Shown: positions 34,457 to 46,400 of the stretch, piece after piece
How positions within the stretch are numbered: position 1 is the stretch's first letter
How the letters are laid out: every line of letters begins with the position of its first letter
Position numbers and translations under genes: made by a program
Virus record (IMG/VR): IMGVR_UViG_3300042806_000299
Location: 4,469-68,468 of that record
Strand: one strand, 5' to 3'
DNA: 64,000 bases
Source of the DNA: a virus
The notes under the pieces: model-generated
Told to the model about the DNA's origin: nothing
The model's database searches: none
What the model saw: the letters and a program-made list of their open reading frames with translations, nothing else

Positions 34457-37400
34457 TTGTCAGACGTAAATGCTAATATAGGCATAAATTTTAATACGGC
34501 TGACGCCTTAGCACAACTAAGAACACTTCAGGCTGGTTTAAGCAAGTTTCATCAAACGCTTGCCCAGGGAAACCTTGCAGCAACAAATGCACAAAAAGGT
34601 CTTAATGCACAACTTATCCAGTCAGTTAATGCAACTGGAAAGTTTGCTGCATCTCAAGCAAAAGTAGCAACAAGTACTCAATCATTTACATCTGCTCTTG
34701 AAAAAAATAAGTTAAGCATGGGCCAGTACTTTAGGTACACGGCTGCTGCTGCTACGGCAAACACAAAATCACTAACCAACATGTTTGCTCAAGAACGAGA
34801 AATTATTAACCGTGCACGTAGAGACAGAGTAAAAGCCTTACAGACACAATACATTCAATTGCAAAAAGCAAATGGTGGTTTTGCTGATGCAATAAGAATT
34901 ATGCCAAAAACTTTAATGATGGCAAACGGCCAATTTACCGAACTTGGAACAAGAATTCAATATGCTGCACAAAGACAGCAATTCCTAAATCAGTTGCTTA
35001 AACAAGGATCAACACAACTTCTAAACTTTGGTAAAAACACTCAGTGGGCTGGTCGCCAGTTAATGGTTGGACTTACAATCCCTCTAGGAATGCTTGCTTC
35101 ATATGCTGCAAGAGCATTTAAAGAAATGGAAGCAGCAACAATAAAGTTCCAACGTGTATATGGAGATGCCTTTACTGATAATGCAACAACAGACATAGCA
35201 GTTGAAAATATTAAACGAATTGGTATGGAATATACTAAATTTGGTATTGCAGTTAAAGATACAATGGAAATGGCAGCAACCGCTGCAGCAGCAGGCTTTC
35301 AAGGAGCAGCACTTGACGCACAGGTAAAAGAGGCAAACAAACTTGCAGTTCTTGGACAGGTAGAACAACAGCAAGCACTAGAAACAACTATATCTTTACA
35401 AAATGCATTTGGACTGTCAACAGAAGATCTTGCAAAGAAAATTGATTTCCTTAACGCAGTTGAAAACCAGACTGTTCTTTCTATTGAAGATTTAACAATT
35501 GCAATTCCTAAAGCAGCACCAGTTGTAAGACAACTTGGTGGAGATGTAGAAGACCTTGCCTTTTTTATGACTGCTATGAAAGAAGGCGGAATTAATGCAT
35601 CAGAAGGTGCTAACGCATTAAAGTCTGGTCTTGCATCTATGATTAACCCAACAAAGAAAACATCTGAAATGCTTGCAGCAATGGGCATAAATATCAAGGG
35701 TATTGTAGAAGGAAATGCTGGAGATCTAAAAGGAACCGTAGTAGGATTAGCAAGAGCCCTAGATGAGTTAGACCCACTAAACCGTGCAAGAGCAATTGAG
35801 CAATTGTTTGGTAAGTTCCAGTTTTCAAGAATATCAACATTATTTCAAAACGTAGTAAAAGAAGGAAGCCAAGCCTCAAGAGCCCTTCAACTATCTGGTG
35901 CTTCACTTGAAGAGTTAGCCATTATTTCTGAGCGAGAAATGGGAAAGATTGAAGATTCAGTTGGAGTTAAGTTTCAAGCAGCAGTAGAACAATTTAAACA
36001 AACTATTATGCCAATAGGAAAACAATTCTTACAAGCATTAACACCAGTTGTTGAATTTATTGGTAAACTATTTGAAAAGTTTAATAACTTATCTGATGGA
36101 ACTAAAAAGTTTGTAACAATTCTTACAGCAGTCGTTGCTGGAATTGGTCCAATATTCTTGATGACATTTGGTTTGCTTGCAAACGGTCTTGCAAATTTAA
36201 TTAAGTTATTTGCATTAATTAGAGGTGGAATGGCAAAATTAAATGGTCAAAATAAAGTTTTAGGTGGGGGCTTTGATTATTTAACACAACAAGAAATTGA
36301 AAACCTATCATCATCTAATGCGTTACATGGTGCACATTCAAAACTTATTCAGGTATTTAATGTTGAAAGCATTGCACTTCAAAAATTAGCAAACTCATAT
36401 GCAAATGCAGGATCACAAGCCAGAGCCCTTGCAGCATCTTCTCCTGGACTATTTGCATCACCAGGCGCTGCTGCAGCAGTTTCAAAATTACCTGGTGGAC
36501 AAGGTAGACCAGTTAAACGATATGCAAAAGGAGTATTGCAAGTACCTGGTCCAAAAGGTGCGGGAGATGTACAGGCAGCATTTCTTGCTCCAGGAGAAGC
36601 AGTTTTACCAGCAGATGTAACCGCAAAAAATATTGATTTCTTACATGCAATGATGGCTGGAAAGACTCCTGGATATATGGCAGGTTCTATTCCAGAACTA
36701 TCTCCAGCAGCAAAGAGTCAGTCACAAGTTGAAATGCAAAAGTTCTTTGATTGGGCAGATGATCAAATAAAATCTTCAAACCTAGCCCCACAACTTAAAG
36801 GACGATGGAAGAAGTCAGCAGGTCCAGCATTTAGACAAAGTTTAATGGAAAAGATGATTTATGATCCAAGCAGCAAAACATTCTGGACAAACATGGGTGG
36901 AACAAATGGAGTCAACCTTGAGCGAATGCAAGAAAGATTTAATTACAGATTTGGAATTGCACCTGATCCACAAACTGGTAAATATGCAAGATCAAACCTA
37001 TTTAATATTAGTAAATTTTTAAATAACGTTACATCTGGTGGTCAGTCAAAACGTGCTGGAGATATTTCTGCTAATAACCCAAAGGCTAAAAAAGTTTGGG
37101 ATGAAATAAAAGTAGCAGCATCAAACCCTGCTGGCATTAAGTCAGATAAAACAATTAGAAAGTATACAGATTTCCTTGCTAACATGAAAGACGGATTAGG
37201 AAATGACACACAATTAGCAAAAGATTTAAAGTCTAACTCTCCATTAACAAGAAAAACTGCAATGGAATCGGTTGATAAAATGTTTAAACTTGATGCGTCC
37301 CATGCTCAAGCAGTAAAAGTATATGATAGTTTAGAAGATGCACAATCAGGAAAATCAAGACCAGCATCAAAAAATGAAAAATATTCTCTTGGTCAAATAG

Positions 37401-40400
37401 GTCCAGATTACAGAGTTGTAAATGAATTTGTTAAAACAAATGACCCAGGAAATAAATCTAGATTTGAAAAAATATTAGAATGGAATAATAAAAGTGGAAA
37501 CCCGCTTGCAATTGATGCTACACAAAACAAAAATCTCCAGTCTGCAATTCAATCAATTATTAAACAGGGAAATCATCCATTCGACCCACAAAATCAAAAA
37601 CATGTAAAGGCTCTTGCAGAACTTGAAATAAAAGCAAGAGATTTAATGACAGTCAATCCATCTAAAGCAAAAGGCTTGTCGTTTTTAAGCAAGTCCCCTA
37701 GTGCATATATAAATGCAAGACTTACAGACAACATAATGTCTGATAGAATTTCAGACTCTAATTGGTTTAAGAAGATGAATGAAAATAAGATGTTTATGAA
37801 CACATCTGTTCTTGATGATCAAGGTAGACCAGTAAGAGGCGGACTCGAAACAGTTAGAAAATCTGAGTATTACTTTGATTCAAAGACTGGTAGATTTATA
37901 CCTTACACTGGACAAAACACTTCTGCTGTTGCAACTGGTAGAGTAACTGGCAAAGGAACAGAAACAAGAACTCCAGACGTTAATAAAACTGGAGGGCAGC
38001 CAACAGCAACAAGATCTCAGGCAACAGCCTTTGCTGCAAGGCGTGATGCTGGTGACCCAAGATTCCAGGGACTTGGAACTGAGTCTCCACTAAGCAAGAA
38101 TGCACAAGGAAGAATTACAAATGCTATGCAGGAGCAGGCACGTTTATTAAAACTAAGAAACAACTTATCATCAAGAGAAATAGAACAAGCGCTATCTCAA
38201 TACAGAAGAAGACTTGTAGTTGCAGAAACAGAAAAAGCAAACGCTCTAATACAAAAACAAACAATGCGTGAGCAGGCAAAAATTGATTCTGAAAGAGTTG
38301 TAAATTCTAGGGCTATAGCAAAGCAAGAACGAGCACAAAGACGAATGGCTCTTCAGGAAAAAGTTGGAAGATACTCTGGAGGAGCATCTGCAGCAATGGG
38401 TGGAGTTGCTATGGGTGCGATGATGATGGGAGCAGACTCTAAGGTCACTGGTGGCCTATTTGGGGCCTCTGCACTGGCTGGTATGGCTCCAATGCTAACA
38501 AACCCATATATTGCTGCAGGAACGGCTGTAGTGGCTTTGGCTGGATCTTTATGGATGCTTGACAAATCTGCCAAAAAAGCAGCAGAAGCACAATCAAAAT
38601 TAGTTGATTCAACTTCGGCAACAAGTGAAAAAATGAAGTCTATTGGAGAACTTACTGGTAAGGTTGGTGCTTCAGAAATATATGCACGTAGACGTTCAAC
38701 CTCAGTATCAGACAGATACACAACTGGGTTTGAAAGAGGAAAGCAACAGTTTGGTTCTACATTCTTAGAAAGCGAAACTGGAAAAGGTGTAATGTCTGGA
38801 TTTACAGAAAGCATGAAATCTGGAACAGATATTGCTGCCAAACAAATGGCACTACAACTTTCTGCTTACGTTTCAGATGGAATAATGACAGCAGAACAAG
38901 CGCATAGTGTTGCAAAACAAATTGGAATTAACTTAAACAATCAAACACTTACTTCTCAAATAAGTGGGCAGTTGTTAGATCTTATAGGTCCATCTGGAGA
39001 AGACTTACTAAAAAATCCATTAGAAATAAGAGTAAGACTAGTCGAAGAGCAAAGAGGTCTTTCTAAACAAATTGGATCTATGTTTAAAAAAGAAATGGCA
39101 AATCCAACTGATGAGTTTACAGATTTTACTGCAAATGATAATGCAAAAAAGATGGCAGGACAGGTGGCTGCATACGGTGCACAAAACCTAGAATTTAATC
39201 AAGCACAAATTGATTCACTAAATGTTCAATATGATAAAGAACTAAAGATACTTGAAACTCAAAAAGCGGCAACTACAGACGCTGCAAAAAGAAAATTAAT
39301 AGATGATCAAATTGTTGCTTTAGAAAATAAAAGAGAAGCAAGCGTTCAGACTTTAAGAAAAGCAAACAGTGAAATACTTAAAGATCAAATTGCTGCATTT
39401 AGGATTGCACAAGAAAAAAGTAATGTAGAAAATGCATTCTTTGATTCTCTTAAAGATCAGGTAAGAACAAAATATAAGGGTACAGCCCAAGAAGCGTTTG
39501 TTGATCCATTACTGAAGTCCACTGCAGATCTAAAGAGCAAAGAACTAGAGGTTAAGATAAATACAATAGTTGCATCTGGACAAATGCCTCCTGCAACAGC
39601 AACCACATTATTAGATATGTTTTCTGGAGATGAAGCAGAACTAAATAAATTTATTAACATAACAGCAAAATTACAAGATCCAGGAAAAGTTTCTGAACTG
39701 GTAAACTCGCTTGGTGGAATAAAAAATAAAAAAGTTGTAAAAGCAATACTTACAAAAATTTCTTCAACAAATCCAAAAGAAGCAGACAAGTTAATGTCAA
39801 CAATTGCTCTTATGCAAAAGATGGCTGGTAAAGAAATTAATATTGAGGCATTCTTTGAACAAAAAGACGCTATGGCACAACTGCAAGCATTGCAGACAAA
39901 ACTTGAAGAAGTTGAAGGTATGCCAAATCCAATTACAAAAGAAGCAATTGCTCTTATAAATACAGATGGAAACTCATCAACACAAGATATGACAGCACTT
40001 CTTGCAGTTTGGGATAAATGGGGAAATCTGCCAGATGAAACTAAAAAGACAGTTATACAAGAATACATAACTCTTTACAAAACAATTGATGATGAGTCGG
40101 CACTTGCAAGCATAAAGGCCAGAAACCCAAGAGCAAGAAAAATTACACAAGCACAAATTAATGCTGAAAAAGGAAGAATTGCAGCCGAAGAAACTATGCA
40201 AGCAACAAAGCAAGACATTGCATCTGCAAAAGTTGGTAAGTCTCAAGACGGTCTTTCTGATGGTTCAAAAAAGGCTGACCCACTAGACTTCCTTGACTCA
40301 CTTGCAATGAGAATTAAAAATGTTCGTAATGCAGCCTTTGATGCAACAGCCCCACTAAAATCTATGATTGCAGCATTTAGCGGAAAACAGGCTCAAAAAG

Positions 40401-42817
40401 ATGCTTCAAAGATGTTTTCTTTATTTGATGGCTTACAACAAAAAATGGTTAAACTTGGTGTTCCAAAAGAATTTAGAGATATGATTTCTGGAATGAATGC
40501 AGATGATTTTAATAAGTTTGCATCATTGCCAAAGGGCAAAAATATGTTTACTTATGAAAATAATAAACCAAAAACAAAAGCAAACATTACTGGATTAACA
40601 AAAGAAGGCCAGGCTGTTATGCAAACATACCGTGAAGCAGTAATTGGAGAATTCAATGTTGCACAAAAAGAAGTTTTAGAAACAACAAAAAATCAAGATG
40701 AAGCATTTAAAATTCTTATTGCTTCTGGAATGAGCACATCCGATGCACTAAAAACTGTAGAAGATTCTGCAGTAGCAGCAGGCATTGCATCAGGTGCACT
40801 TGGCAAAAATGGTTCTGAAGAAATGAAAAAATTTATTGCAGATATTCAGGCAGCATCTGACGAAACATCAAGACTTAACGCACTAACAAAAGCAAGGCAA
40901 TCAAACTCAGATTTTGCTATTTCAAAAAATGCTCCAGGACTAGCAAAATCTATGAAGGAAGCGGGATACAGTGCTGATCAAATTAATGAGGCCTTGTCAG
41001 ATCCTGATATTGCAAAGGAATTAATTAAAGATCTTAAAGATGGAAAAATTGAAGCAGGAGATATAAAAGATTACATTGATTCAATAGCAGAAAAGAAATC
41101 AATTGATATTCGTGTAAAACTTGCAATGGGAGATTTTGCAGGGGCAGCAGAAGAAGGCAGACAACTAGTAAATGAAATGTTTTCTGTACAAGAAGCACTA
41201 ATTACAACTGGCCCACTTGGACAACAATTAGACGCAAATAATCAAAAGATTGCAGATTACCAGACAGAACTACTTCCATTCCAAAAACAAATTGATGGTA
41301 TTAATCAGTCAATATCTGATGCCCAAAGAAACATTGAGATCGCATATACAAGACCAATAGGGGCCCTTCAAACTGAAATAGAATCATTAGATAGACAACT
41401 TGACACAAGTCCAATATTTGGAAATCGGGCAATAAAAACAATTCAGGATGAAAACATAATTTATGGAAATGATCTTGCTATTATTTCTCATCAAGCAGAT
41501 GCTGTTAATAAATCTTATGACGAACAAGTAAAAAACCTCAATGAGGTAAAGGCAATTAATGATCAAATAATTGCTCAACAAGGTAGACAACTTGGTCTTG
41601 CTGATGCACTAACTCAAGGTGATATTGCTGCAGCAGCAAAGGCTGCACAGGAAATGAGACAGGCAAATGCTGATCAATATGCTACATCGCAAATTGATGT
41701 TATTGAACAAGCAAGGCAAAATGCTTTAGGAAATCTAAAGGGGCCACAGTCTGGTTTGACACAAATTCAAATTCAAGAAAAACAATATCAAAATGCTCAA
41801 AAACTTTATGCAATGGAAAATGATCCAGCAAGGCTTAAAATAATTGCAGACATTCAAAAGAAGCAAGATGAAATTTATAACTTGCAACAACTTCAAAATG
41901 TAGAACTTGCTAAAATTAAAACAAAAGAAGATGAAATTTACAATATTGAAAATACCAAGATTCGTCCAATTCAAACAAACATAGATGCACTAACATACCA
42001 AAACACTGTTTTACAAACTCAAATAGATAAACAAGTTTCCTCATTAAAAGTAATGGGACAAACTCGTGGAGAATGGGATTTAACATTTGCAAAGATTGAT
42101 GCATCTGCACTTGCATCAAAGAATTTAGATACAGCATTTGGTGCACTATTAACATCTGCAGCAGCAATTGATAAGATGTGGACGTCAATTTTATCAAAGA
42201 TTCAAGCGTATGCTGCAGGAGTTCCAGCAAGTGTTACAGCACAGCAACAAAGTATTACAGCGCCAGTTACTAAAACAGATACACCACCACAAACAGGTAC
42301 AGCGGCTACTGGGACTGCAGGGTCTGCAAAAACAACTGGCACACCATTTGGACAAGCAAGTTCAACTGTAACGGTTAAATCTGGTAATACCCTAAGTGGA
42401 ATCGCAGCAACTGCAAGAGTAAAACTTGCAGATGTTATTAAGGCTAATCCACAAATTTCAAATCCAAACTTAATTAGACCAGGACAAGTTATAAAAATAC
42501 CATCTTCTGCATTATATAGAGCAAAAGGTGGTATTGTTCCTAATTACTTTACAGCAGGAGGATTTGCAAGAGGAACGGATACTGTTCCAGCAATGTTAAC
42601 TCCAGGAGAATTTGTTATGAGCAAATATGCTGTAGACTCTTACGGAGTAGATAGAATGAAAGCAATTAATTCTGGATCAGACAAATCATCTTCAGTGTAT
42701 AATTATGAGTTAGTAGTAAATGTTAAATCAGACGCCAATGCAAATGATATTGCAAACACAGTAATGGCTAAGATTAAGCAGGTAGACAATATGAGATTAA
42801 AGGGGAATAGATTTTAA
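34457..42817 (+). CDS. tape measure protein (TP901-like core, TM segments, central insert, C-terminal LysM); TTG start
   Basis: Length and position; core motifs FLNAVENQT, EGANALKSG; LysM VTVKSGNTLSGIA...NPNLIRPGQVIKIP (42368-42502); GTDTVPAMLTPGEFV. Confidence 0.92.
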   Translation: MSDVNANIGINFNTADALAQLRTLQAGLSKFHQTLAQGNLAATNAQKGLNAQLIQSVNATGKFAASQAKVATSTQSFTSALEKNKLSMGQYFRYTAAAATANTKSLTNMFAQEREIINRARRDRVKALQTQYIQLQKANGGFADAIRIMPKTLMMANGQFTELGTRIQYAAQRQQFLNQLLKQGSTQLLNFGKNTQWAGRQLMVGLTIPLGMLASYAARAFKEMEAATIKFQRVYGDAFTDNATTDIAVENIKRIGMEYTKFGIAVKDTMEMAATAAAAGFQGAALDAQVKEANKLAVLGQVEQQQALETTISLQNAFGLSTEDLAKKIDFLNAVENQTVLSIEDLTIAIPKAAPVVRQLGGDVEDLAFFMTAMKEGGINASEGANALKSGLASMINPTKKTSEMLAAMGINIKGIVEGNAGDLKGTVVGLARALDELDPLNRARAIEQLFGKFQFSRISTLFQNVVKEGSQASRALQLSGASLEELAIISEREMGKIEDSVGVKFQAAVEQFKQTIMPIGKQFLQALTPVVEFIGKLFEKFNNLSDGTKKFVTILTAVVAGIGPIFLMTFGLLANGLANLIKLFALIRGGMAKLNGQNKVLGGGFDYLTQQEIENLSSSNALHGAHSKLIQVFNVESIALQKLANSYANAGSQARALAASSPGLFASPGAAAAVSKLPGGQGRPVKRYAKGVLQVPGPKGAGDVQAAFLAPGEAVLPADVTAKNIDFLHAMMAGKTPGYMAGSIPELSPAAKSQSQVEMQKFFDWADDQIKSSNLAPQLKGRWKKSAGPAFRQSLMEKMIYDPSSKTFWTNMGGTNGVNLERMQERFNYRFGIAPDPQTGKYARSNLFNISKFLNNVTSGGQSKRAGDISANNPKAKKVWDEIKVAASNPAGIKSDKTIRKYTDFLANMKDGLGNDTQLAKDLKSNSPLTRKTAMESVDKMFKLDASHAQAVKVYDSLEDAQSGKSRPASKNEKYSLGQIGPDYRVVNEFVKTNDPGNKSRFEKILEWNNKSGNPLAIDATQNKNLQSAIQSIIKQGNHPFDPQNQKHVKALAELEIKARDLMTVNPSKAKGLSFLSKSPSAYINARLTDNIMSDRISDSNWFKKMNENKMFMNTSVLDDQGRPVRGGLETVRKSEYYFDSKTGRFIPYTGQNTSAVATGRVTGKGTETRTPDVNKTGGQPTATRSQATAFAARRDAGDPRFQGLGTESPLSKNAQGRITNAMQEQARLLKLRNNLSSREIEQALSQYRRRLVVAETEKANALIQKQTMREQAKIDSERVVNSRAIAKQERAQRRMALQEKVGRYSGGASAAMGGVAMGAMMMGADSKVTGGLFGASALAGMAPMLTNPYIAAGTAVVALAGSLWMLDKSAKKAAEAQSKLVDSTSATSEKMKSIGELTGKVGASEIYARRRSTSVSDRYTTGFERGKQQFGSTFLESETGKGVMSGFTESMKSGTDIAAKQMALQLSAYVSDGIMTAEQAHSVAKQIGINLNNQTLTSQISGQLLDLIGPSGEDLLKNPLEIRVRLVEEQRGLSKQIGSMFKKEMANPTDEFTDFTANDNAKKMAGQVAAYGAQNLEFNQAQIDSLNVQYDKELKILETQKAATTDAAKRKLIDDQIVALENKREASVQTLRKANSEILKDQIAAFRIAQEKSNVENAFFDSLKDQVRTKYKGTAQEAFVDPLLKSTADLKSKELEVKINTIVASGQMPPATATTLLDMFSGDEAELNKFINITAKLQDPGKVSELVNSLGGIKNKKVVKAILTKISSTNPKEADKLMSTIALMQKMAGKEINIEAFFEQKDAMAQLQALQTKLEEVEGMPNPITKEAIALINTDGNSSTQDMTALLAVWDKWGNLPDETKKTVIQEYITLYKTIDDESALASIKARNPRARKITQAQINAEKGRIAAEETMQATKQDIASAKVGKSQDGLSDGSKKADPLDFLDSLAMRIKNVRNAAFDATAPLKSMIAAFSGKQAQKDASKMFSLFDGLQQKMVKLGVPKEFRDMISGMNADDFNKFASLPKGKNMFTYENNKPKTKANITGLTKEGQAVMQTYREAVIGEFNVAQKEVLETTKNQDEAFKILIASGMSTSDALKTVEDSAVAAGIASGALGKNGSEEMKKFIADIQAASDETSRLNALTKARQSNSDFAISKNAPGLAKSMKEAGYSADQINEALSDPDIAKELIKDLKDGKIEAGDIKDYIDSIAEKKSIDIRVKLAMGDFAGAAEEGRQLVNEMFSVQEALITTGPLGQQLDANNQKIADYQTELLPFQKQIDGINQSISDAQRNIEIAYTRPIGALQTEIESLDRQLDTSPIFGNRAIKTIQDENIIYGNDLAIISHQADAVNKSYDEQVKNLNEVKAINDQIIAQQGRQLGLADALTQGDIAAAAKAAQEMRQANADQYATSQIDVIEQARQNALGNLKGPQSGLTQIQIQEKQYQNAQKLYAMENDPARLKIIADIQKKQDEIYNLQQLQNVELAKIKTKEDEIYNIENTKIRPIQTNIDALTYQNTVLQTQIDKQVSSLKVMGQTRGEWDLTFAKIDASALASKNLDTAFGALLTSAAAIDKMWTSILSKIQAYAAGVPASVTAQQQSITAPVTKTDTPPQTGTAATGTAGSAKTTGTPFGQASSTVTVKSGNTLSGIAATARVKLADVIKANPQISNPNLIRPGQVIKIPSSALYRAKGGIVPNYFTAGGFARGTDTVPAMLTPGEFVMSKYAVDSYGVDRMKAINSGSDKSSSVYNYELVVNVKSDANANDIANTVMAKIKQVDNMRLKGNRF

Positions 42818-43488
42818 TGGCCACAAATCCTAATGCTGTTCCATATATGGCGGGTAGAAAGAAATATGGAAGACCACAAGCAATGCTTTGGTCAGAAAAC
42901 TCTGGAACCCTATCTAATGGCCTATACGTTCCAAATGGTTATGAAATAGGTGCAGAGATAGGAACACAAGTAGATAATGAGTCATTAAACCAATTTTTAA
43001 TATTATCTGATGATAATAGATCAGAAATAGCCATAGACCAAGATAGAATTGAAAAACGTGAAAGAATGATTAATGGAAGGATGAGGTCTTATCATATCGC
43101 TGATAAACTAACAATTTCTACATCTTGGAACATGTTGCCATCACGAGCATATGCCTTATCACCAGACTTTAATTCATCAAATGGTTTATCTAATTACAAT
43201 GACTCTTATGGAAAACCTACAGGCGCAGATAGTCAGTATACTTCTGACGGAGGCGCAGGCGGAGTCGAAATGCTTGACTGGTATGAAAACCATAAAGGTT
43301 CATTTTGGGTTTATCTTGCATATGATAAGTATTCTAATTTTGGCAAGAATGATGCAGCATACGGTCATTTGTCACAATACAATCAAGTAATTGAAATGTT
43401 CTTTTCTTCATTTCAATATACTGTTGTTAAGCGTGGAAACTCAAACTATGATTTTTGGAATGTCTCAGTAACACTGGAAGAAGCGTAG
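42817..43488 (+). CDS. distal tail (Dit-like) protein
   Basis: Directly after TMP; 'R..NG.MR', 'WNV.V.LEE' pattern. Confidence 0.6.
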   Translation: MATNPNAVPYMAGRKKYGRPQAMLWSENSGTLSNGLYVPNGYEIGAEIGTQVDNESLNQFLILSDDNRSEIAIDQDRIEKRERMINGRMRSYHIADKLTISTSWNMLPSRAYALSPDFNSSNGLSNYNDSYGKPTGADSQYTSDGGAGGVEMLDWYENHKGSFWVYLAYDKYSNFGKNDAAYGHLSQYNQVIEMFFSSFQYTVVKRGNSNYDFWNVSVTLEEA

Positions 43489-43489
43489 T

Positions 43490-46400
43490 ATGTTTCAGAA
43501 TGATGAATTAAAAAATCACCTGGAAACTTCTTCAGTAATTAGAACACAATCAGCAGTTATTGCTGAGTGGAATATGAATATTCCCAATAATATTAAAAAG
43601 ATTGGCAACTACAGATATAGGCCAGCAGAACCAGCATCTATTTATAACAGTTTAATAAATAGTTTTGACATGAACGAAAATGAATTTTCTGCTGTTAAAT
43701 TTTATCATGGTGCAACTGATGCTGATATTAGTTTAGACGGTGGTGTTGATGATTTAAATCAACCAATTACTCTAACTCCAAAGAAAGACAAAGTAAAACT
43801 TTTTTATTCTTTAGAAAATTGTTTTTCTAAGTTTAGACCTAGATCTGGTATTAATAAGGCTAAATATTTAAGAAACTCATACATACACCATACCAATACT
43901 AACATGGCCGATAGACCAAGATATTACATGCCAGATAAAGATGACTACTTTAAATATTGGACATCTTATAGAACAGAAGAGGGCATTGAGTATGGAATAT
44001 CAAACAAAGTAATAAACGGTCAGCACTATATTTCAGATGCAGCCCCTTTTGTTGTTTATGAAAATAAAGTTCCTACAAATCGTGTAATTGTAAAGATGCA
44101 AACCCATATTGGATCTGTTGATCTTGGTCCATTTTCAAAGTCAAGCGGATCTTTTTTAGATCCATTTTATGGGGACTTTAACAAAAGAACTCCTGTTAGT
44201 TGGAAGATCCAATCATTAAAAGATAATAATTGGATAGACATAAAATCATTCAATGCATCAACAACAAGAAGAGATGGAACACCATTAATCTCAGAAGATG
44301 GCTACTTAGAGTTATCTTATGGATTGATAGTTCCAAACAGATATAGAGATGTTTTTATAAAATCAGAAGAGTATTCATCTACTAACTTTCTTCCAGAAAA
44401 AAGCATTAATGGTTATGCATATTTAATTAAGGAAAATGATTTAGATCTTGGTGTTTATCATATATGGTTTGAAAATAGATATGAAACCTTTATACCAACT
44501 TATGGTTGGGATGTTGCAGATGAATCGGTAGATAGACTTACAAATTTTGTTACAGATTTAACATCACCAATAATATACTCAAGTCCTACTGATGGTAAAA
44601 ATGTTTACAGAGAATTTGAATACATTGAAGGGCTTCGAGTTGTTGTAGAAACAATGACAAAATCAGACTCAACTTTTGACTTAATCGAGTTATCTCCAAG
44701 ACTAGTTGTAGATCTTTCAGATAAAACTGTTGACTTTTCAATTACAAAGACTGCATCTGATCTTGGCTTGTCAGGTCTTCCAGTTGGTCAATTACTTGCA
44801 TCAAACGGTACGCTAAATTTGTTTGATTATGATCAAGCATTTAATATTAATAATAATTCAAGCATAGTAAAAAACTATATAAGTAAAAATATTCAAATTA
44901 AATTTTATGAAATTATTATTAATGTAAATGGTAATGACTATTTTGTACCAATTAAAACAATGTACACAGAAGGTTTCCCTGAAGTTGATAATGAAAATAG
45001 ACAGGTATCTTTAAAATTGAGAGATATGTTTTTTTATTTTGAATCAATAACTGCTCCACAAACTCTTGCAACTAGTGCATCTCTTAGTTATGCAGTTGCT
45101 ATGATTCTTGATTCTATTGGTTTTTCTAACTACATTTTTAAGAGAACACCAGGAGAGCCTGATCCGATAATTCCATACTTCTTTATATCTCCAGATACAA
45201 CAGTCGCAGAAGTTTTAAATGAACTTGCTGTATCAACTCAAACAGCAATGTTTTTTGATGAATACAATAATTTTGTTATGATGAGCAAAAACTATATTCT
45301 TCCAACTGTAGACGAAAGAGTTACAGATTTTGAGTTATACGGATCTAAAGATTTTATCAAAGATGGAGTGTTACAAAACAAGGCAAGTAAAAATAAACTG
45401 GCAAACATAATATCTGTTTCTTCTCAAAATAATGATATTTTTAATGACGGCAGTATTAATTATAAAACAAGGTACATACAAAAAACATACGGATCTCTTA
45501 AGCAAGCAAGCCTTATAGACCAAGAAAAAACATGGATTTACAAGCCAGTACTTTTATGGGAGGTAACTGGTGATCAAAATGCAAAATCGGCTAATGATCA
45601 ATCAAACAATCAATCCAGTTATACTCTTGCAGCAATTCCTCTTAATTCAAATTTGTCTACCACTGTCCCATATGTTGCAAACAATACTTTGCTTAACAAC
45701 GTGATGGATCTTGGAGAAGGAATTTACTGGCTATCTAGATATAATGGATACTTTTATTCAAATGGAGAAGTTATTAAGTTTGATGCAGTAGAATATAGCA
45801 TAACTGGATATGGCAATGTTTGGATTAACAACGTACTTGAATATCAGAATTATTTTTCTAAATTAACTCATAATGGTAAAATATATCCAACTGGCCTAGT
45901 AAGAATTTATTCTGTTCCAAATTATCAAAATATTAATGGTATTACAAAACTTAAAAATGGCCCAGTCGCAAAACATGGTAGGGGTCAGTTTGGAACACAA
46001 ATTGTATCGCACAATGCTGGGTTAGACCCTTATTGGACATCAAACGATTCTGTTCGTGGTTGTACTATGAAATCAGAACTATTGTTTAGTCTTGCAGATC
46101 AGTCATCTATTGATGCTAAAATAAAAGAATTTACCTTAGACACACAGGCAGCAGGCGTTTCAAACTCATTAGCACAACAATCTGTTAGAACTGGAATTAT
46201 TAAAAACTTTCTTTCACAATATTATGGAACAGAAACAGATCTTAATAAATTAAAAACAACACAGAGTGGAACTATTCAGTCTTCTGCTTTTATATTAAAT
46301 GGTCCATCTTTTACAACAACACAGAGTGGTATTGACTTTGTTTCTTATGTACACAAGCCACTAACAAATAAGTTTAAACATTTTGGAACACGAATGAGAA

